DNA from: a virus
Virus record (IMG/VR): IMGVR_UViG_3300032073_000008
Span: 1-64,000 of that record
Strand: one strand, 5' to 3'
DNA: 64,000 nucleotides
The position numbers and the translations under genes are program-made. Below, piece after piece: positions 27,856-37,826 of the stretch; position 1 is the first letter of the stretch; every line of letters starts with the position of its first letter. The notes beneath the pieces are model-generated. The model ran no database searches. It was not told the DNA's origin and was given only the letters and a program-made list of their open reading frames with translations.

Positions 27856-28601
27856 GTATTGCTCCTAACATATTCTTCAATATCATATTTTGGTGACCAG
27901 CCAAGATCTTTCAAGTCAGAATTATCAGCAGTGTTATCCCATGCCTCACATTCTTCACCTGCTCTAACCTCTGCATTACATCCAGCTAATTCACCCAGCT
28001 CAGATACAACCACACCTTTACCAGTTCCAATATCATAGACTGGTTTTAATTTATTCAGATCTTTATCCATAAGTAAGATTATTGCGTCCACTACATCATC
28101 AACATGAATGAAGTCACGGATATGATTTGTTAAGTAATCAACACGACCATCAATCAAGCGACCAATGAGCATTGAATCTCTTGCTCCCTCACCATAAACT
28201 GTAGTGAACCGTAAACCCACTTGATTGTAAAATGCAGTTTCTTCATTTATCTTTTTGCTCATACCATACGGTGATAAATGCCAGTTATGGACACAAGAAG
28301 AAGATGCATACAATAATGGTATCTCACTGTTGTGGCAATATTTTTGAAGTTTAGTTGTAAGTGAAACATTATTATCCCAATACTTTTGTGGATGGTTAAT
28401 GCTTTCTCTAACATTCGCAAATGCTGCAAGATGAATCACATAATCAGTGTCTAATTCCAATCTATTAGTTCTGGGATCAAGATCTTCTAAAGATTTGCCA
28501 ATCTTAGAGTCCCACTCATCAACAATGTGACCTAATGATTCAAGTCTTGACTTTACATGACTGCCAATAAAACCACGAGAACCTGTGACTGTTACTCTCA
28601 T
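27852..28601 (-). CDS. NAD-dependent epimerase/dehydratase
   Basis: TGSRGFIG, HLAA, YASSS, YGMSK, RDFIHVDD. Confidence 0.88.
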   Translation of the reverse strand: MRVTVTGSRGFIGSHVKSRLESLGHIVDEWDSKIGKSLEDLDPRTNRLELDTDYVIHLAAFANVRESINHPQKYWDNNVSLTTKLQKYCHNSEIPLLYASSSCVHNWHLSPYGMSKKINEETAFYNQVGLRFTTVYGEGARDSMLIGRLIDGRVDYLTNHIRDFIHVDDVVDAIILLMDKDLNKLKPVYDIGTGKGVVVSELGELAGCNAEVRAGEECEAWDNTADNSDLKDLGWSPKYDIEEYVRSNT

Positions 28602-28858
28602 AAAACTTTCCATCCTGTGACAGTGTTAGTGCGGAATGATCTCCAAGCCTGAACATCTATCCCCCAAACTGGAATGTCTGCTGAATTTGCATTCACAGCT
28701 GATACTGTGATACTAGATCCAGCTTGCTCACTTATAATCTCGGGGTTGAGAGTACAAGGCATCACCCTTGTACCCCCACCATCAACTTTCTCATATGTGA
28801 CTTCGACAACGCCATCTTTGAGATGTTTTACCAGATTATTTACAGCTGATGACAACAT
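28598..28858 (-). CDS. Small SH3/WYL_2-like protein
   Basis: V.YEK.DG..R.M.CTL...VW..D..AWRSFR. Confidence 0.6.
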   Translation of the reverse strand: MLSSAVNNLVKHLKDGVVEVTYEKVDGGGTRVMPCTLNPEIISEQAGSSITVSAVNANSADIPVWGIDVQAWRSFRTNTVTGWKVL

Positions 28859-28875
28859 TTTATCCTTTCCTCATA

Positions 28876-29433
28876 TTATACAATCGCATAGATATCTGTA
28901 CTTTCTACCCAGCAAGTATATCCATATTTTTTTAATCGTTCCAGAAGAAGATTACAATCTACATGGGAATGTTCTATCTTAATTAATGTTGGTTTTATAC
29001 CAAAGCTAAACCCCTCAAAGACATTTGCTTCATGCCCTTCAACATCAATCTTTAGAAAGTCTATATGGTCAATATTATTCTTACTGATGTAAGAGTCTAA
29101 TGTCATAGCAGGAACTGTTATCTTTGCATGGTTAAAGCGTATATTATCTGGAATATCCAGAAGTTTTTCTCCCATATGTTCATCAGTGTCAACATGTCCG
29201 ATACCTCTGACCCAGCTATCAGTTGCTATGCTCTGTCTGAATGGGACATAACCATCTATATCTGAAATGGCAAGATTATCAACTTGGATATCATATGGCT
29301 TTGCTTGTTCAGACATAGTTTCAGCATATCGTGGATCAGCTTCAACCATGTAGCCAGACCAACCAGATTTTGCTAGAGGAAGGCATGTTCCAAAATCGCA
29401 CACGCCTACCTCTAGAAAGACTTTATTAGGCAT
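28876..29433 (-). CDS. FkbM-family SAM methyltransferase
   Basis: FLEVG, VEA.P, TLD...IDFLKIDVEGHE; start placed at MPNK. Confidence 0.85.
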   Translation of the reverse strand: MPNKVFLEVGVCDFGTCLPLAKSGWSGYMVEADPRYAETMSEQAKPYDIQVDNLAISDIDGYVPFRQSIATDSWVRGIGHVDTDEHMGEKLLDIPDNIRFNHAKITVPAMTLDSYISKNNIDHIDFLKIDVEGHEANVFEGFSFGIKPTLIKIEHSHVDCNLLLERLKKYGYTCWVESTDIYAIV

Positions 29434-30088
29434 ACTTGCTCCCAGCTTCAGTTGCAACCCAATACTCAACAACAGATCCTTTGAAGTTTGAGATACCTTT
29501 AGATGATACATTCACCTTATAATCATCAGCCATGAACTTGAGATTTTCAGTCTTAAAGATAAACTCAAACTCAGCTTCAGTGACACCAACACTCAATCCA
29601 AACTCATTAGATGTTGGATTCTTGGTATCAGTAGCAACCAAAGAGATAGATCCATCAACACCACGAACAACAACTTCTGGTAATGATAATTGATTTGCAG
29701 CATTGACCACTTTCTTATAGTCGGCTTCACTCATATCAAAAGTTACTTCTGGATCAGGCAATTCAAGATCCTTTTCTGGTGGTGATACAACCATAGATGG
29801 ATCAGTGTAAGTGTAACGCGAAGTGCTGTTACCACCATTCTCTTTGATAGTCATAGATTTGTCACCAAAGTCTATGTCTGCATCATCAAACAAGCTAGTG
29901 AGACCAATAAACTGATTCAACTCATAGATCGCAAAGTCTTGAGGAAACGACTCATTCACAACAGCAGAAGCAAGAATGTTCTTCTGTGGTGACACTGTAC
30001 GCAAAACATTACCTGCTTTGAATACAAGAGACGGATTAATGGTGGAAAAGTTTTTCAAAACTTCAAAAGTGTTATCGCTTAATTTCAT
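29426..30088 (-). CDS. gp45: Sliding clamp
   Basis: MKLS..T..VLKNFSTIN.S, FAIYEL..F, YWVA.E. Confidence 0.93.
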   Translation of the reverse strand: MKLSDNTFEVLKNFSTINPSLVFKAGNVLRTVSPQKNILASAVVNESFPQDFAIYELNQFIGLTSLFDDADIDFGDKSMTIKENGGNSTSRYTYTDPSMVVSPPEKDLELPDPEVTFDMSEADYKKVVNAANQLSLPEVVVRGVDGSISLVATDTKNPTSNEFGLSVGVTEAEFEFIFKTENLKFMADDYKVNVSSKGISNFKGSVVEYWVATEAGSKYA

Positions 30089-30567
30089 GGTGATTCCTCA
30101 TTATTTAAATCGTGATTGTGTAATGCAATCAATGCATAGTGTAATACTTTCAATAAATCCTTGCGGTTGTAACCGTCTTTCCTGCCATAACGCTGAACAT
30201 ACTTCAATACATTACCCAACGCAAACCCCTCGCCATGACCACAGTCAATAATGAACTCTGTTGACTGAAACTTATTCTTTGAATAGTGCTCAGAATAAGT
30301 AGCATTAACATAGTCACGCAATTCATCAATCAACTCACCCTCATTAAATTTGTAGAGTGTTATGTCAAAAACATCAGAAGATTTGTTAGAAGGAACTAAT
30401 GGCTCATTATAATGTTCCAAAGAGTCATTATACCTTATTGGCTTGTTTCTGTCAACCTCAGAATAATATTCAGCAGTGTGTTCATAATTATCTTTCTGTT
30501 TGGAAGATGATTTTTTTCTCAGCTGATTCCATTCCTGAGGAGTAGCATCGTCAATACTTTTGCCCAT
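30085..30567 (-). CDS. DUF3310-like protein
   Basis: HY...GF..GNVLKY..RYG.K.G...DL.K..HY. Confidence 0.7.
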   Translation of the reverse strand: MGKSIDDATPQEWNQLRKKSSSKQKDNYEHTAEYYSEVDRNKPIRYNDSLEHYNEPLVPSNKSSDVFDITLYKFNEGELIDELRDYVNATYSEHYSKNKFQSTEFIIDCGHGEGFALGNVLKYVQRYGRKDGYNRKDLLKVLHYALIALHNHDLNNEESP

Positions 30568-31445
30568 TACTTCCTCCCTCGTTTTTTCTTTTTCTTGCCT
30601 TTCTTTAACACAGCTTCGTCTGCAGTAGCACTAACACCGAGTGCAGCAAGATCAGGTAAAGAACCACCGAAGTGATAAGTGCCGACATGAACCATCTTCA
30701 TCCAAGGACACAACCAAGTTTCAACACCAACCTTTTCCATCCACTGACAAAACATGTAATCTTCTGACAGATATCGTCTTGAATCTGGATCAATTAGTGC
30801 TTGGAAATACATCATGATTTCTCGCGATCCATCAAACTCAGTAGTCCTGATATGATCAGGCAGGTATGTGAAGTCAGGATATGCTTCAGCAAACTTTTCA
30901 AATGCTGACCGCTGAACCATCATGAATCCAGTACCACCCTCAAGAACCTTACATGGTCTGTCAATCCTAATTTGACCACCCTGAGTCTCTTTGGGGTTGA
31001 AAACATAATCACCAACAAACTTCTCAAGCTCATTTGGGTCTTTGTCAGCAAAACCTCTATCAACAGCTGTCTTAATTTTCTCCCATGCAATCGTTTTCTT
31101 GGGATATGGACCACACATTATCTCTTTGCGATCTTCAGCATTAACATCAGGATCCATAAAAGCAGCAAGAGACAAAACATCATGAGGATCAAACCCAATA
31201 TCAGAATCAATAAACATTAAGTGGGTGCAGTCACTTCGTAAAAATTCATCAACACAATAATTTCTAGCACGAGTGATTAATGATTCATTAAATAAGTAGA
31301 AAAAGTTTAGGCTGACTTCATATGCTTGACACAGTTTGGATAAATCCGCACATGCCTTTGCGTACATACCATGACAGTTACCACCATACATTGGAGTCGC
31401 GACCATAATCTTTCTTTTGCGCAACTCTTCTAATTTTATTTCCAT
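30567..31445 (-). CDS. GT-A fold glycosyltransferase-like protein
   Basis: VATPMYGG, ESLITRARN, MFIDSD (DxD), GTGFM, LSEDY.FC, H.G. Confidence 0.7.
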   Translation of the reverse strand: MEIKLEELRKRKIMVATPMYGGNCHGMYAKACADLSKLCQAYEVSLNFFYLFNESLITRARNYCVDEFLRSDCTHLMFIDSDIGFDPHDVLSLAAFMDPDVNAEDRKEIMCGPYPKKTIAWEKIKTAVDRGFADKDPNELEKFVGDYVFNPKETQGGQIRIDRPCKVLEGGTGFMMVQRSAFEKFAEAYPDFTYLPDHIRTTEFDGSREIMMYFQALIDPDSRRYLSEDYMFCQWMEKVGVETWLCPWMKMVHVGTYHFGGSLPDLAALGVSATADEAVLKKGKKKKKRGRK

Positions 31446-31477
31446 CGTGTTTCCTCTTTTAATTTTGCGATGTAAAG

Positions 31478-31506
31478 ATTATATTCCAAAATGTGAAAAA
31501 AGTCAA
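31478..31506 (-). promoter_or_regulatory. Sigma70-type promoter overlapping a terminator
   Basis: TTGACT-N17-TATAAT; the -35 box is the 3' arm of the cobS terminator. Confidence 0.7.
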
Positions 31507-31520
31507 CCCGAAGATTGACT
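31496..31520 (-). terminator. Rho-independent terminator with UUCG loop
   Basis: AGTCAATC-TTCG-GGTTGACT followed by a T-tract. Confidence 0.8.
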
Positions 31521-31538
31521 TCCTTCACAAGAGAGATA

Positions 31539-32705
31539 TTAAGCAGCAATTTCTTCAGGCTCTTCAGCCATGTCATCAACTGTGCCAGCATCAGCATCAA
31601 TCTTTGAATAGAGATCAAGGAATGATGTTTTGGTGTCTTCATCAAAACGATTAATACACATATTAATCGCAGTCATCCGACCACCTTTATCACCAAAGAT
31701 CTTATATGCTTTGGCAATATGAACAAGACGACGAGTCGAGATAACTTCATCAATACCGCCATCATAAAAAGTCTTGCGGATAATGTCAGCCCAATCAACA
31801 AGTTTGGTTACAAACTCAGAGTCATCTAGACCGAGACTAGCGAACACTTCATTCAAGATTCGTTTCTCAGTGCTCACTGGAGGATACTCCTGCTCGCAAG
31901 TAATAGGGAATCTTTCAAGGAATGCTTCATTCAGCACATTAGTACCAATAAAGCGACCATCATCAGATCCTTTACCTTTGGTGTTAGCAGTAGCGATAAC
32001 ATTAAACCCAACAGCAGGATTAATATACTCACCAGTCTTTTTGATAAAATATCCTTTACCCTCAAGGATAGACTGAAGACACATAATCTTTGCTGGATTA
32101 CCCAGATCGATCTCATCCAGAAGTAATAAAGCACCACGCTCCATTGCCTTGATAACTGGACCTTTGAAGAAACGAGTGTCACCGTCAACAAGACGGAAAC
32201 CACCAATCAGGTCATCTTCATCAGTCTCAATTGTAAAGTTTACACGGATGACTTCACGCTTCAACTGAGCACATGCTTGTTCAACCGAGAATGTTTTACC
32301 ATTACCAGACATACCAGTAATGAAAGATGGATAGAACATACCAGACTTAATGACTTGCTTCAGTGTCGAGAAATTACCAAAGGGAACAAACAAAGGATCT
32401 TTGGCAGGGACAAGATTTTCAGTGAAGCCATCAGTGACAACATTCATCTCAGCAACAAGTTTGTTAGGCTCAAGATTAGTCACAGGAGCTGGAGCAGACG
32501 GTGCGAGAGGAGCAGGAGAGCTCACTGCAGTCGTCTTTGGAGCAGTTGAAGGCAGGTTATACAAACCACGATCAACACGGAGAGCAGTCGCGAAATACTT
32601 ACTCGGCACTTTCACGCCAAGCTCACGAGCAACTCTTTTGGTTTCAAGACTAGGAACAGGATTATTCCCATACTTTTCTTTCAGGATAGAATATAGATCA
32701 GTCAT
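31539..32705 (-). CDS. cobS: CobS/MoxR-like AAA+ ATPase
   Basis: GMSGNGKT, ETDEDDLIGG, LLLDEID, ATANTKG.G, NEAFLERF, ISTRRL. Confidence 0.88.
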   Translation of the reverse strand: MTDLYSILKEKYGNNPVPSLETKRVARELGVKVPSKYFATALRVDRGLYNLPSTAPKTTAVSSPAPLAPSAPAPVTNLEPNKLVAEMNVVTDGFTENLVPAKDPLFVPFGNFSTLKQVIKSGMFYPSFITGMSGNGKTFSVEQACAQLKREVIRVNFTIETDEDDLIGGFRLVDGDTRFFKGPVIKAMERGALLLLDEIDLGNPAKIMCLQSILEGKGYFIKKTGEYINPAVGFNVIATANTKGKGSDDGRFIGTNVLNEAFLERFPITCEQEYPPVSTEKRILNEVFASLGLDDSEFVTKLVDWADIIRKTFYDGGIDEVISTRRLVHIAKAYKIFGDKGGRMTAINMCINRFDEDTKTSFLDLYSKIDADAGTVDDMAEEPEEIAA

Positions 32706-32742
32706 ATAGGTCTCTCTCATTTATTAATCAATTTCAAATACA

Positions 32743-32771
32743 ATTCTAGCACAAAAACAACATAAAGACAA
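32743..32771 (-). promoter_or_regulatory. Putative early promoter
   Basis: TTGTCT-N17-TAGAAT. Confidence 0.7.
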
Positions 32772-32830
32772 CAAAAAAATTAGCCAATTATTACCTTTTT
32801 TGTATAATAGGTTATTTTTTAACCTATTCA

Positions 32831-35071
32831 TTAAGCAATCGACTCTATCAAGTCACTCAACATTTTACGCGACTCTTTTCTAGAACCATTCGCTTTCTTA
32901 AAGGCAGTGCGGATCTTTGCTTTTGTTGCATCACTACCGACCGCAATCGAAGTATTGCTCACTTCAAGATTTTTACCACCATGAATTAAGAACAGTCGAT
33001 CATAACCAAAGTTGTCTTCAAGCATAACAAACTTTTCTTTTTTGGCTCTCATATGATATGATTTAGCATCATACCAGTCCATACTGTTAGGAGCATTACG
33101 AGTCCATTTGTTTATACTACTCTCCATAATCCGATAACCAATAACAGTAGAACCAGTCCTTTCACGATACATATCTAAAAGGACTTTGGTGATCGCATCA
33201 CCATATCCAGTCACACGATAGCGTTTCTTGGTCACAGGATCATTTACATACAACACTGCAGTGCCACTTCTATTATGATAATAATTAGTTTGTGAACCCC
33301 ATTCTTTGTCAGGGTTAGTGAATTCCATAGGATGACTATCACCATCAGTCAAGAATATTGTATTCACAATATCAAGACGATTTTTCTTTTGGAAATCATC
33401 ATGCACTTTCATTGCAGCCATTATAGTCTCATCAAGAGGAGTACCGCTCAAAGCCAACCCTCTAGGAAAACGAAACCTGTTCATTTTCTTTTGAGCTTCC
33501 CAGCTGTATTTGTTGCGACGAGAGACACGGATATCATAATATCTCCCGACACAAAGAACGAATTTCATCATGTCATTGAAAGTTTGACGATTCATATTGT
33601 TATTGAAAAACTCTAATAATCTGAAACAATGATGATAACGCAAAACACTATCTCGTTTTTGTTGGGTCGCACTTTCAGAGTCAGAACCATACCAATTATT
33701 TGTAAAAGCATAAACACGGTATGGTATCTTCACCTGACGGCAGAACAAAACTAAATTCAACATTTGATCAATCGTGGCTTTAAGATCTTCCATCATTGAG
33801 CCAGACCAATCAACATACATGATTATACCATGACTTTTACCATCTGGTGTCACTGTTACTTTGCGGAAAATATCATCATTGTAACGATAGCTGTTCATCT
33901 TGACAGGATCAATCACACCAGTCTTTGCCACAGTTTGTCTAGAGTAAGCTGATGCACTTTTCTTCATCTCAAACTCTTTTGCCATGTAATTTACGCTTCT
34001 CTTATTATTATTCATGAAGTCATTAACATATCCTTCACCCAGATCATTCATCGCTTGATCAAACGAATCAGGCTCTTGAACTTTGAAATTTTCTAGAATT
34101 TCTTTTGCTGATATAATCAAGTCATTAATCGGTGCGTCATTCAAGAACACATTAGTGATTTTTATATCATCATCATCACCATGCTCAGCAGCAATATTGT
34201 TTCTTAATGACTGATCAGTTTTTGATTCAAGATCTTCTTCAGATGATTCACCACCTGTCTGTCCTGTCTGGTTATCATCAGAATCATCTTCATCATCTTT
34301 CCAGAAGTCATCTTGATCTTCATCAGAACTCCAGAAGTCACCATCATCTTCATCTTCATCTTCATCATCAGGAGTGCTACCAGATGAATCACCTGATTCA
34401 CTTTCATCTTCATCATCAGAATCATCAAAATCATAAGAGCCACTGCCATCAGTATCTTCTTGACTCTCATCTTTTGCCATTTCATCCATAGCTTTCTGCT
34501 TGTCAGCATTTTCTTCTTCTTGCTTTTGTTTACAGAAATCATACAAACGCTCAGTCAGGTCAACAACCTGATCCCATGTTTCAAGAGTTTCAATCTCATC
34601 AATCCATGGTTGCTCATCTGCCTCAATGCGAACACCAGCAGAACGACCGCATTTAAAATAAGTGTTGATACGATCAATAAGACCATAATTGTTTATTTGT
34701 TTGATGTCACCACCAAAGAAACCATCAGCAAGCATGCGTCTGTATGAAGAAACAAATGAAGTTCGCAGACCTTGATATCGTTTTTGAATTAGCTTTTCAA
34801 TCCTAGCATCTTCAATAACATTTAAAAAAGATCTGAAAGTTTGACCACGCTTATGAGTAGACTCATGCCATCCCTCTTCTGGAGTATACAAAGCATGACC
34901 AACCTCATGACCAACCAAATGATCATAAGTGTCAGACCTCATATCATCCCACATTGGTAGAGTAAGGATGCGGTCACGAACATTAAATGAAGCAGTCTTT
35001 GCTTGCTTATGAGAAACAGTAATGTTTTCAGTAGCAAGTAGACGAGCCAATGTATCTTTAGAAGTATTCAT
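32831..35071 (-). CDS. CobT-like metallopeptidase/VWA protein (partner of CobS)
   Basis: HEVGHALYT (HExxH), NVIEDARIE, Asp-rich linker, DWSGSM (MIDAS), GTPL, FLTDG. Confidence 0.82.
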   Translation of the reverse strand: MNTSKDTLARLLATENITVSHKQAKTASFNVRDRILTLPMWDDMRSDTYDHLVGHEVGHALYTPEEGWHESTHKRGQTFRSFLNVIEDARIEKLIQKRYQGLRTSFVSSYRRMLADGFFGGDIKQINNYGLIDRINTYFKCGRSAGVRIEADEQPWIDEIETLETWDQVVDLTERLYDFCKQKQEEENADKQKAMDEMAKDESQEDTDGSGSYDFDDSDDEDESESGDSSGSTPDDEDEDEDDGDFWSSDEDQDDFWKDDEDDSDDNQTGQTGGESSEEDLESKTDQSLRNNIAAEHGDDDDIKITNVFLNDAPINDLIISAKEILENFKVQEPDSFDQAMNDLGEGYVNDFMNNNKRSVNYMAKEFEMKKSASAYSRQTVAKTGVIDPVKMNSYRYNDDIFRKVTVTPDGKSHGIIMYVDWSGSMMEDLKATIDQMLNLVLFCRQVKIPYRVYAFTNNWYGSDSESATQQKRDSVLRYHHCFRLLEFFNNNMNRQTFNDMMKFVLCVGRYYDIRVSRRNKYSWEAQKKMNRFRFPRGLALSGTPLDETIMAAMKVHDDFQKKNRLDIVNTIFLTDGDSHPMEFTNPDKEWGSQTNYYHNRSGTAVLYVNDPVTKKRYRVTGYGDAITKVLLDMYRERTGSTVIGYRIMESSINKWTRNAPNSMDWYDAKSYHMRAKKEKFVMLEDNFGYDRLFLIHGGKNLEVSNTSIAVGSDATKAKIRTAFKKANGSRKESRKMLSDLIESIA

Positions 35072-35100
35072 ATGATAGTCTCTCAACAAAATAGACGCCC

Positions 35101-35129
35101 ATTCTACCATATCAGGAGACCTGAGACAA
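35101..35129 (-). promoter_or_regulatory. Putative early promoter
   Basis: TTGTCT-N17-TAGAAT. Confidence 0.7.
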
Positions 35130-35397
35130 CACTTTTTTCAATTAAAAACGGTAATTTTACCTATTTATTGATATTATTTTGGAATAAAAAGGTAGATTTT
35201 AAGAACTTTTTTGTATAAAAGGACAAAAGTCCTGTATTATCAATAACTTAGTGAAATACACTATTTTGCCCTTTTATAACTCTTCGGATTAACTTAATGC
35301 AATCAGGCAGTTAGCGATTGTTACATAAACCGACACTTGAAACGCCCAACAGAAAAAGCAATCAGTTTTGCTATTTTCCATATTTCCTCCTCGAAAA

Positions 35398-35814
35398 TTA
35401 TTTAATTTCAATTTTTCGAGGACGCTTCTCTTCTGGCAAATTGACCTTTAGGTTCACTACAAGGATTCCTTTGTCTAGAGTCGCTCCGACTACTTCGACA
35501 TATTCAGACAGACGAAAAGTTCTCTGAAATCTTTTTGTGGATATTCCTTTGTGTAGATACTCAACATCAGTACCGTGGAATTGATCCCCAGTGATGTTCA
35601 AAGTTCTTTCATCTTGTTCAATGGTCAGATCTTTCATATCGAACCCAGCTACTGCCACTTCAATGGCATATTCATGCTCATCTACTTTAACCACATTGTG
35701 TGGTGGGTATGTATCTTTGGCGTTTCGATTGATGAATTCTAATTCATTGAAAAGGTGGTCAAACCCAACAAATGCTGCTCGTGGGAAAAGACTCGGTGTT
35801 TTAATACTCGTCAT
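35398..35814 (-). CDS. hsp20: Small heat-shock protein Hsp20 (IbpA-like)
   Basis: GFD.LF, YPPHN, AVAGF, YLHKGIS.KRF.R.F.L, PEEKRPRKIEI. Confidence 0.95.
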   Translation of the reverse strand: MTSIKTPSLFPRAAFVGFDHLFNELEFINRNAKDTYPPHNVVKVDEHEYAIEVAVAGFDMKDLTIEQDERTLNITGDQFHGTDVEYLHKGISTKRFQRTFRLSEYVEVVGATLDKGILVVNLKVNLPEEKRPRKIEIK

Positions 35815-35878
35815 AATGCTCTCCTTTTGTTTAAAGCAAGATTAATAAGTGAACCCGATTATTCGGCATCCACTCACC
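35815..35878 (-). promoter_or_regulatory. ROSE-like RNA thermometer in the hsp20 leader
   Basis: 5' hairpin GUGAGUGGAUGCCGA-AUAA-UCGGGUUCACUUAU, then UUGCUUU pairing over AAAGGAG (SD) with the ROSE UUGCU signature. Confidence 0.6.
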
Positions 35879-35886
35879 TATTTATA
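35879..35886 (-). promoter_or_regulatory. T4-type late promoter TATAAATA
   Basis: Exact match directly before the hsp20 leader. Confidence 0.75.
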
Positions 35887-35892
35887 CTGACT

Positions 35893-36441
35893 CTACATAA
35901 GATTTTCAATAAAGCCAATAATTTTTTTCGTATCTTCAGGGACATTGTGTTCAAAAGCATGGACACATCCAGCTTCGCCCATCAATATTTTTTCCCCAAA
36001 CATATCTTCAATGTTAGCAACTTTCGTTACTCGCCCATTGATAAATGTTTCTGATTGATCAGAACCTCTATCAGCATAACGCTGTTCACGAACAGCATCA
36101 TCTGTTTTTAATACTATAATTGTTAGATCATGCCCTGCTCTCTTCACAGCCTCAAAGAACTTAGAAGAAGTCAATCTGTCACCCTCGAACACTACGACAG
36201 GTGATGGATTGTTTTCTAGGTATTCAATTGCCATTGGCTGTACTGCCATTGACAGTTTATCAGTACCAGCAAACACTTCTCCTTCATCATATTTACCAAA
36301 CAAACGGATATCTCCAGAAACATAACCATCAAGCAACTTAACTGGAGTATCTTTAGTCCACTCTCGTTTTGACATCCACTCACGCATAAGTGTTGTTTTT
36401 CCAGTTCCTGGAATTCCAATAATACCAATCACTTTACTCAT
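35893..36441 (-). CDS. P-loop nucleotide kinase (candidate 5-hmU kinase)
   Basis: GIPGTGKTT, FAGTDKLSMAVQP, FEGDRL, R...RG..Q...F..GR.TK; ATGA-coupled to the TET/JBP gene. Confidence 0.7.
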   Translation of the reverse strand: MSKVIGIIGIPGTGKTTLMREWMSKREWTKDTPVKLLDGYVSGDIRLFGKYDEGEVFAGTDKLSMAVQPMAIEYLENNPSPVVVFEGDRLTSSKFFEAVKRAGHDLTIIVLKTDDAVREQRYADRGSDQSETFINGRVTKVANIEDMFGEKILMGEAGCVHAFEHNVPEDTKKIIGFIENLM

Positions 36442-37826
36442 GAAAAGAATCCTTCTAATGATGACTTTGTCACAACAGCTTCTGGATGATATTGCGATAA
36501 CATTCCTTCACCGCCTTTCTGTTTCAGATAATCATACCACTCATCTTCAGCCCACATATTTGGCGAAACACCATTCCAAAATTCTTTCCACAACTTGTGG
36601 TTCTTATTGAGTCTGCGATCATCAACATATTGTCTACGCAGTTTTTCATATTCCCAAGAACCAACCTCAAGCATTTTTTCACGGAAGTAGCATACAAGAG
36701 ATATGCGTTCCATTTCTTCAATAGTGGTTCCAGCAGGTGGTTTCAGTTCAGTGTTACCATGAATGCCACCATGATTATTGATCAACAAAAGATCTCCTGG
36801 ACGGATATTGATACCTACACGAAACTCTGGAAGGACAAGATAACCACCTTCCCAATTCTTTTCTTTAGCAACAACAGTAAGGTTTGAAAATCCTTCATTC
36901 AAATCACCAGCATCTCTGTGAGCTGCAGTTCTGAAGTTTTTATTTACAGTAATCGTAGTGAACGGTGTATCTTCACCAGCAACACGAAAGCGTGGATCTA
37001 GCTTGCTTGCAGCTTCGTTTTGAATACCATAACGAATAGGTAAATGCTCCTTAAATTTGTCAGCTAATTGACGCATGAAAGGATAGCACTTCTCATAGAC
37101 AGGATAGTTGTTCTCTGTATACGCAGTTGCTCGACCGTATGGAATACGAGGATATCGATCAAAGAATCCAGCAATACCTGACAACACCATGTTAGCATAT
37201 GTTGTCTCAGAGATATAGTTCTTTTGAGTTGCCTTTGCGTCTTTCTGAGCATCCTCTGCTGACATACCTTGCCATTCAGCAACCTTGTCATTGAAGAATG
37301 ATTCGTAATTATAACCACTATCAGTGATCTTAGATCTGATCCAAACTATACCACGAGATTCACCTGCTGTAATTGAAGCATGTTTTGCTCTGATTCTTTC
37401 TACTGGATCAGTGTCATCTTCAAACAGAGAAACTTCACGCTCAGCAAAGTGCTTCATAATATCAAGCTGTTCTTCAGTTACCCAATCACGACCGCCTTGC
37501 TTTGCTCCTTTTGGACCAGCAGCAAGACCACGATTTTGTGTAGGTAATGCAGCACCTAATAATCCTTCATAAGCACCGTGCTGTTGTTCTTCAGTAAAAA
37601 CATTTTTGCGAAACTTAAAGATAATGTTATCTTCATTATTCTCACCACCAAACCCAGCAGGAGCATAGAAGTCAGTATCTTCTTCACAAATAAAATCCCA
37701 GTCAGTATCTTCCATATATTGACCGAGTTTGTGTTCACAATCATCCCAAAACTTGGCTGTAATGATTCTGACATTGTTTACATTATCTACCTTAACATCA
37801 TACTTTTCGTTTATCACACCAATCAT
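36438..37826 (-). CDS. TET/JBP-family 2OG-Fe(II) 5-methylpyrimidine dioxygenase
   Basis: FTTITVNKNFRTAAHRDAGD (HxD), GGYLVLPE, PGDLLL, HGNT, RISLVCYFRE; C-terminal SSLEGFF resembles a clamp-binding motif. Confidence 0.82.
   Translation of the reverse strand: MIGVINEKYDVKVDNVNNVRIITAKFWDDCEHKLGQYMEDTDWDFICEEDTDFYAPAGFGGENNEDNIIFKFRKNVFTEEQQHGAYEGLLGAALPTQNRGLAAGPKGAKQGGRDWVTEEQLDIMKHFAEREVSLFEDDTDPVERIRAKHASITAGESRGIVWIRSKITDSGYNYESFFNDKVAEWQGMSAEDAQKDAKATQKNYISETTYANMVLSGIAGFFDRYPRIPYGRATAYTENNYPVYEKCYPFMRQLADKFKEHLPIRYGIQNEAASKLDPRFRVAGEDTPFTTITVNKNFRTAAHRDAGDLNEGFSNLTVVAKEKNWEGGYLVLPEFRVGINIRPGDLLLINNHGGIHGNTELKPPAGTTIEEMERISLVCYFREKMLEVGSWEYEKLRRQYVDDRRLNKNHKLWKEFWNGVSPNMWAEDEWYDYLKQKGGEGMLSQYHPEAVVTKSSLEGFFS

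Noticed and set aside
34200-34470. (TCA)n-rich repeat region
   Set aside because: Explained by Asp/Glu codons of the acidic linker in the VWA protein; not a CRISPR or DNA-level repeat.
35230-35330. TAAGTTATTGAT / TAACTGCCTGAT motifs resembling recombinase arm or dif-like sites
   Set aside because: No integrase in the window, and the similarity is too weak in AT-rich DNA.
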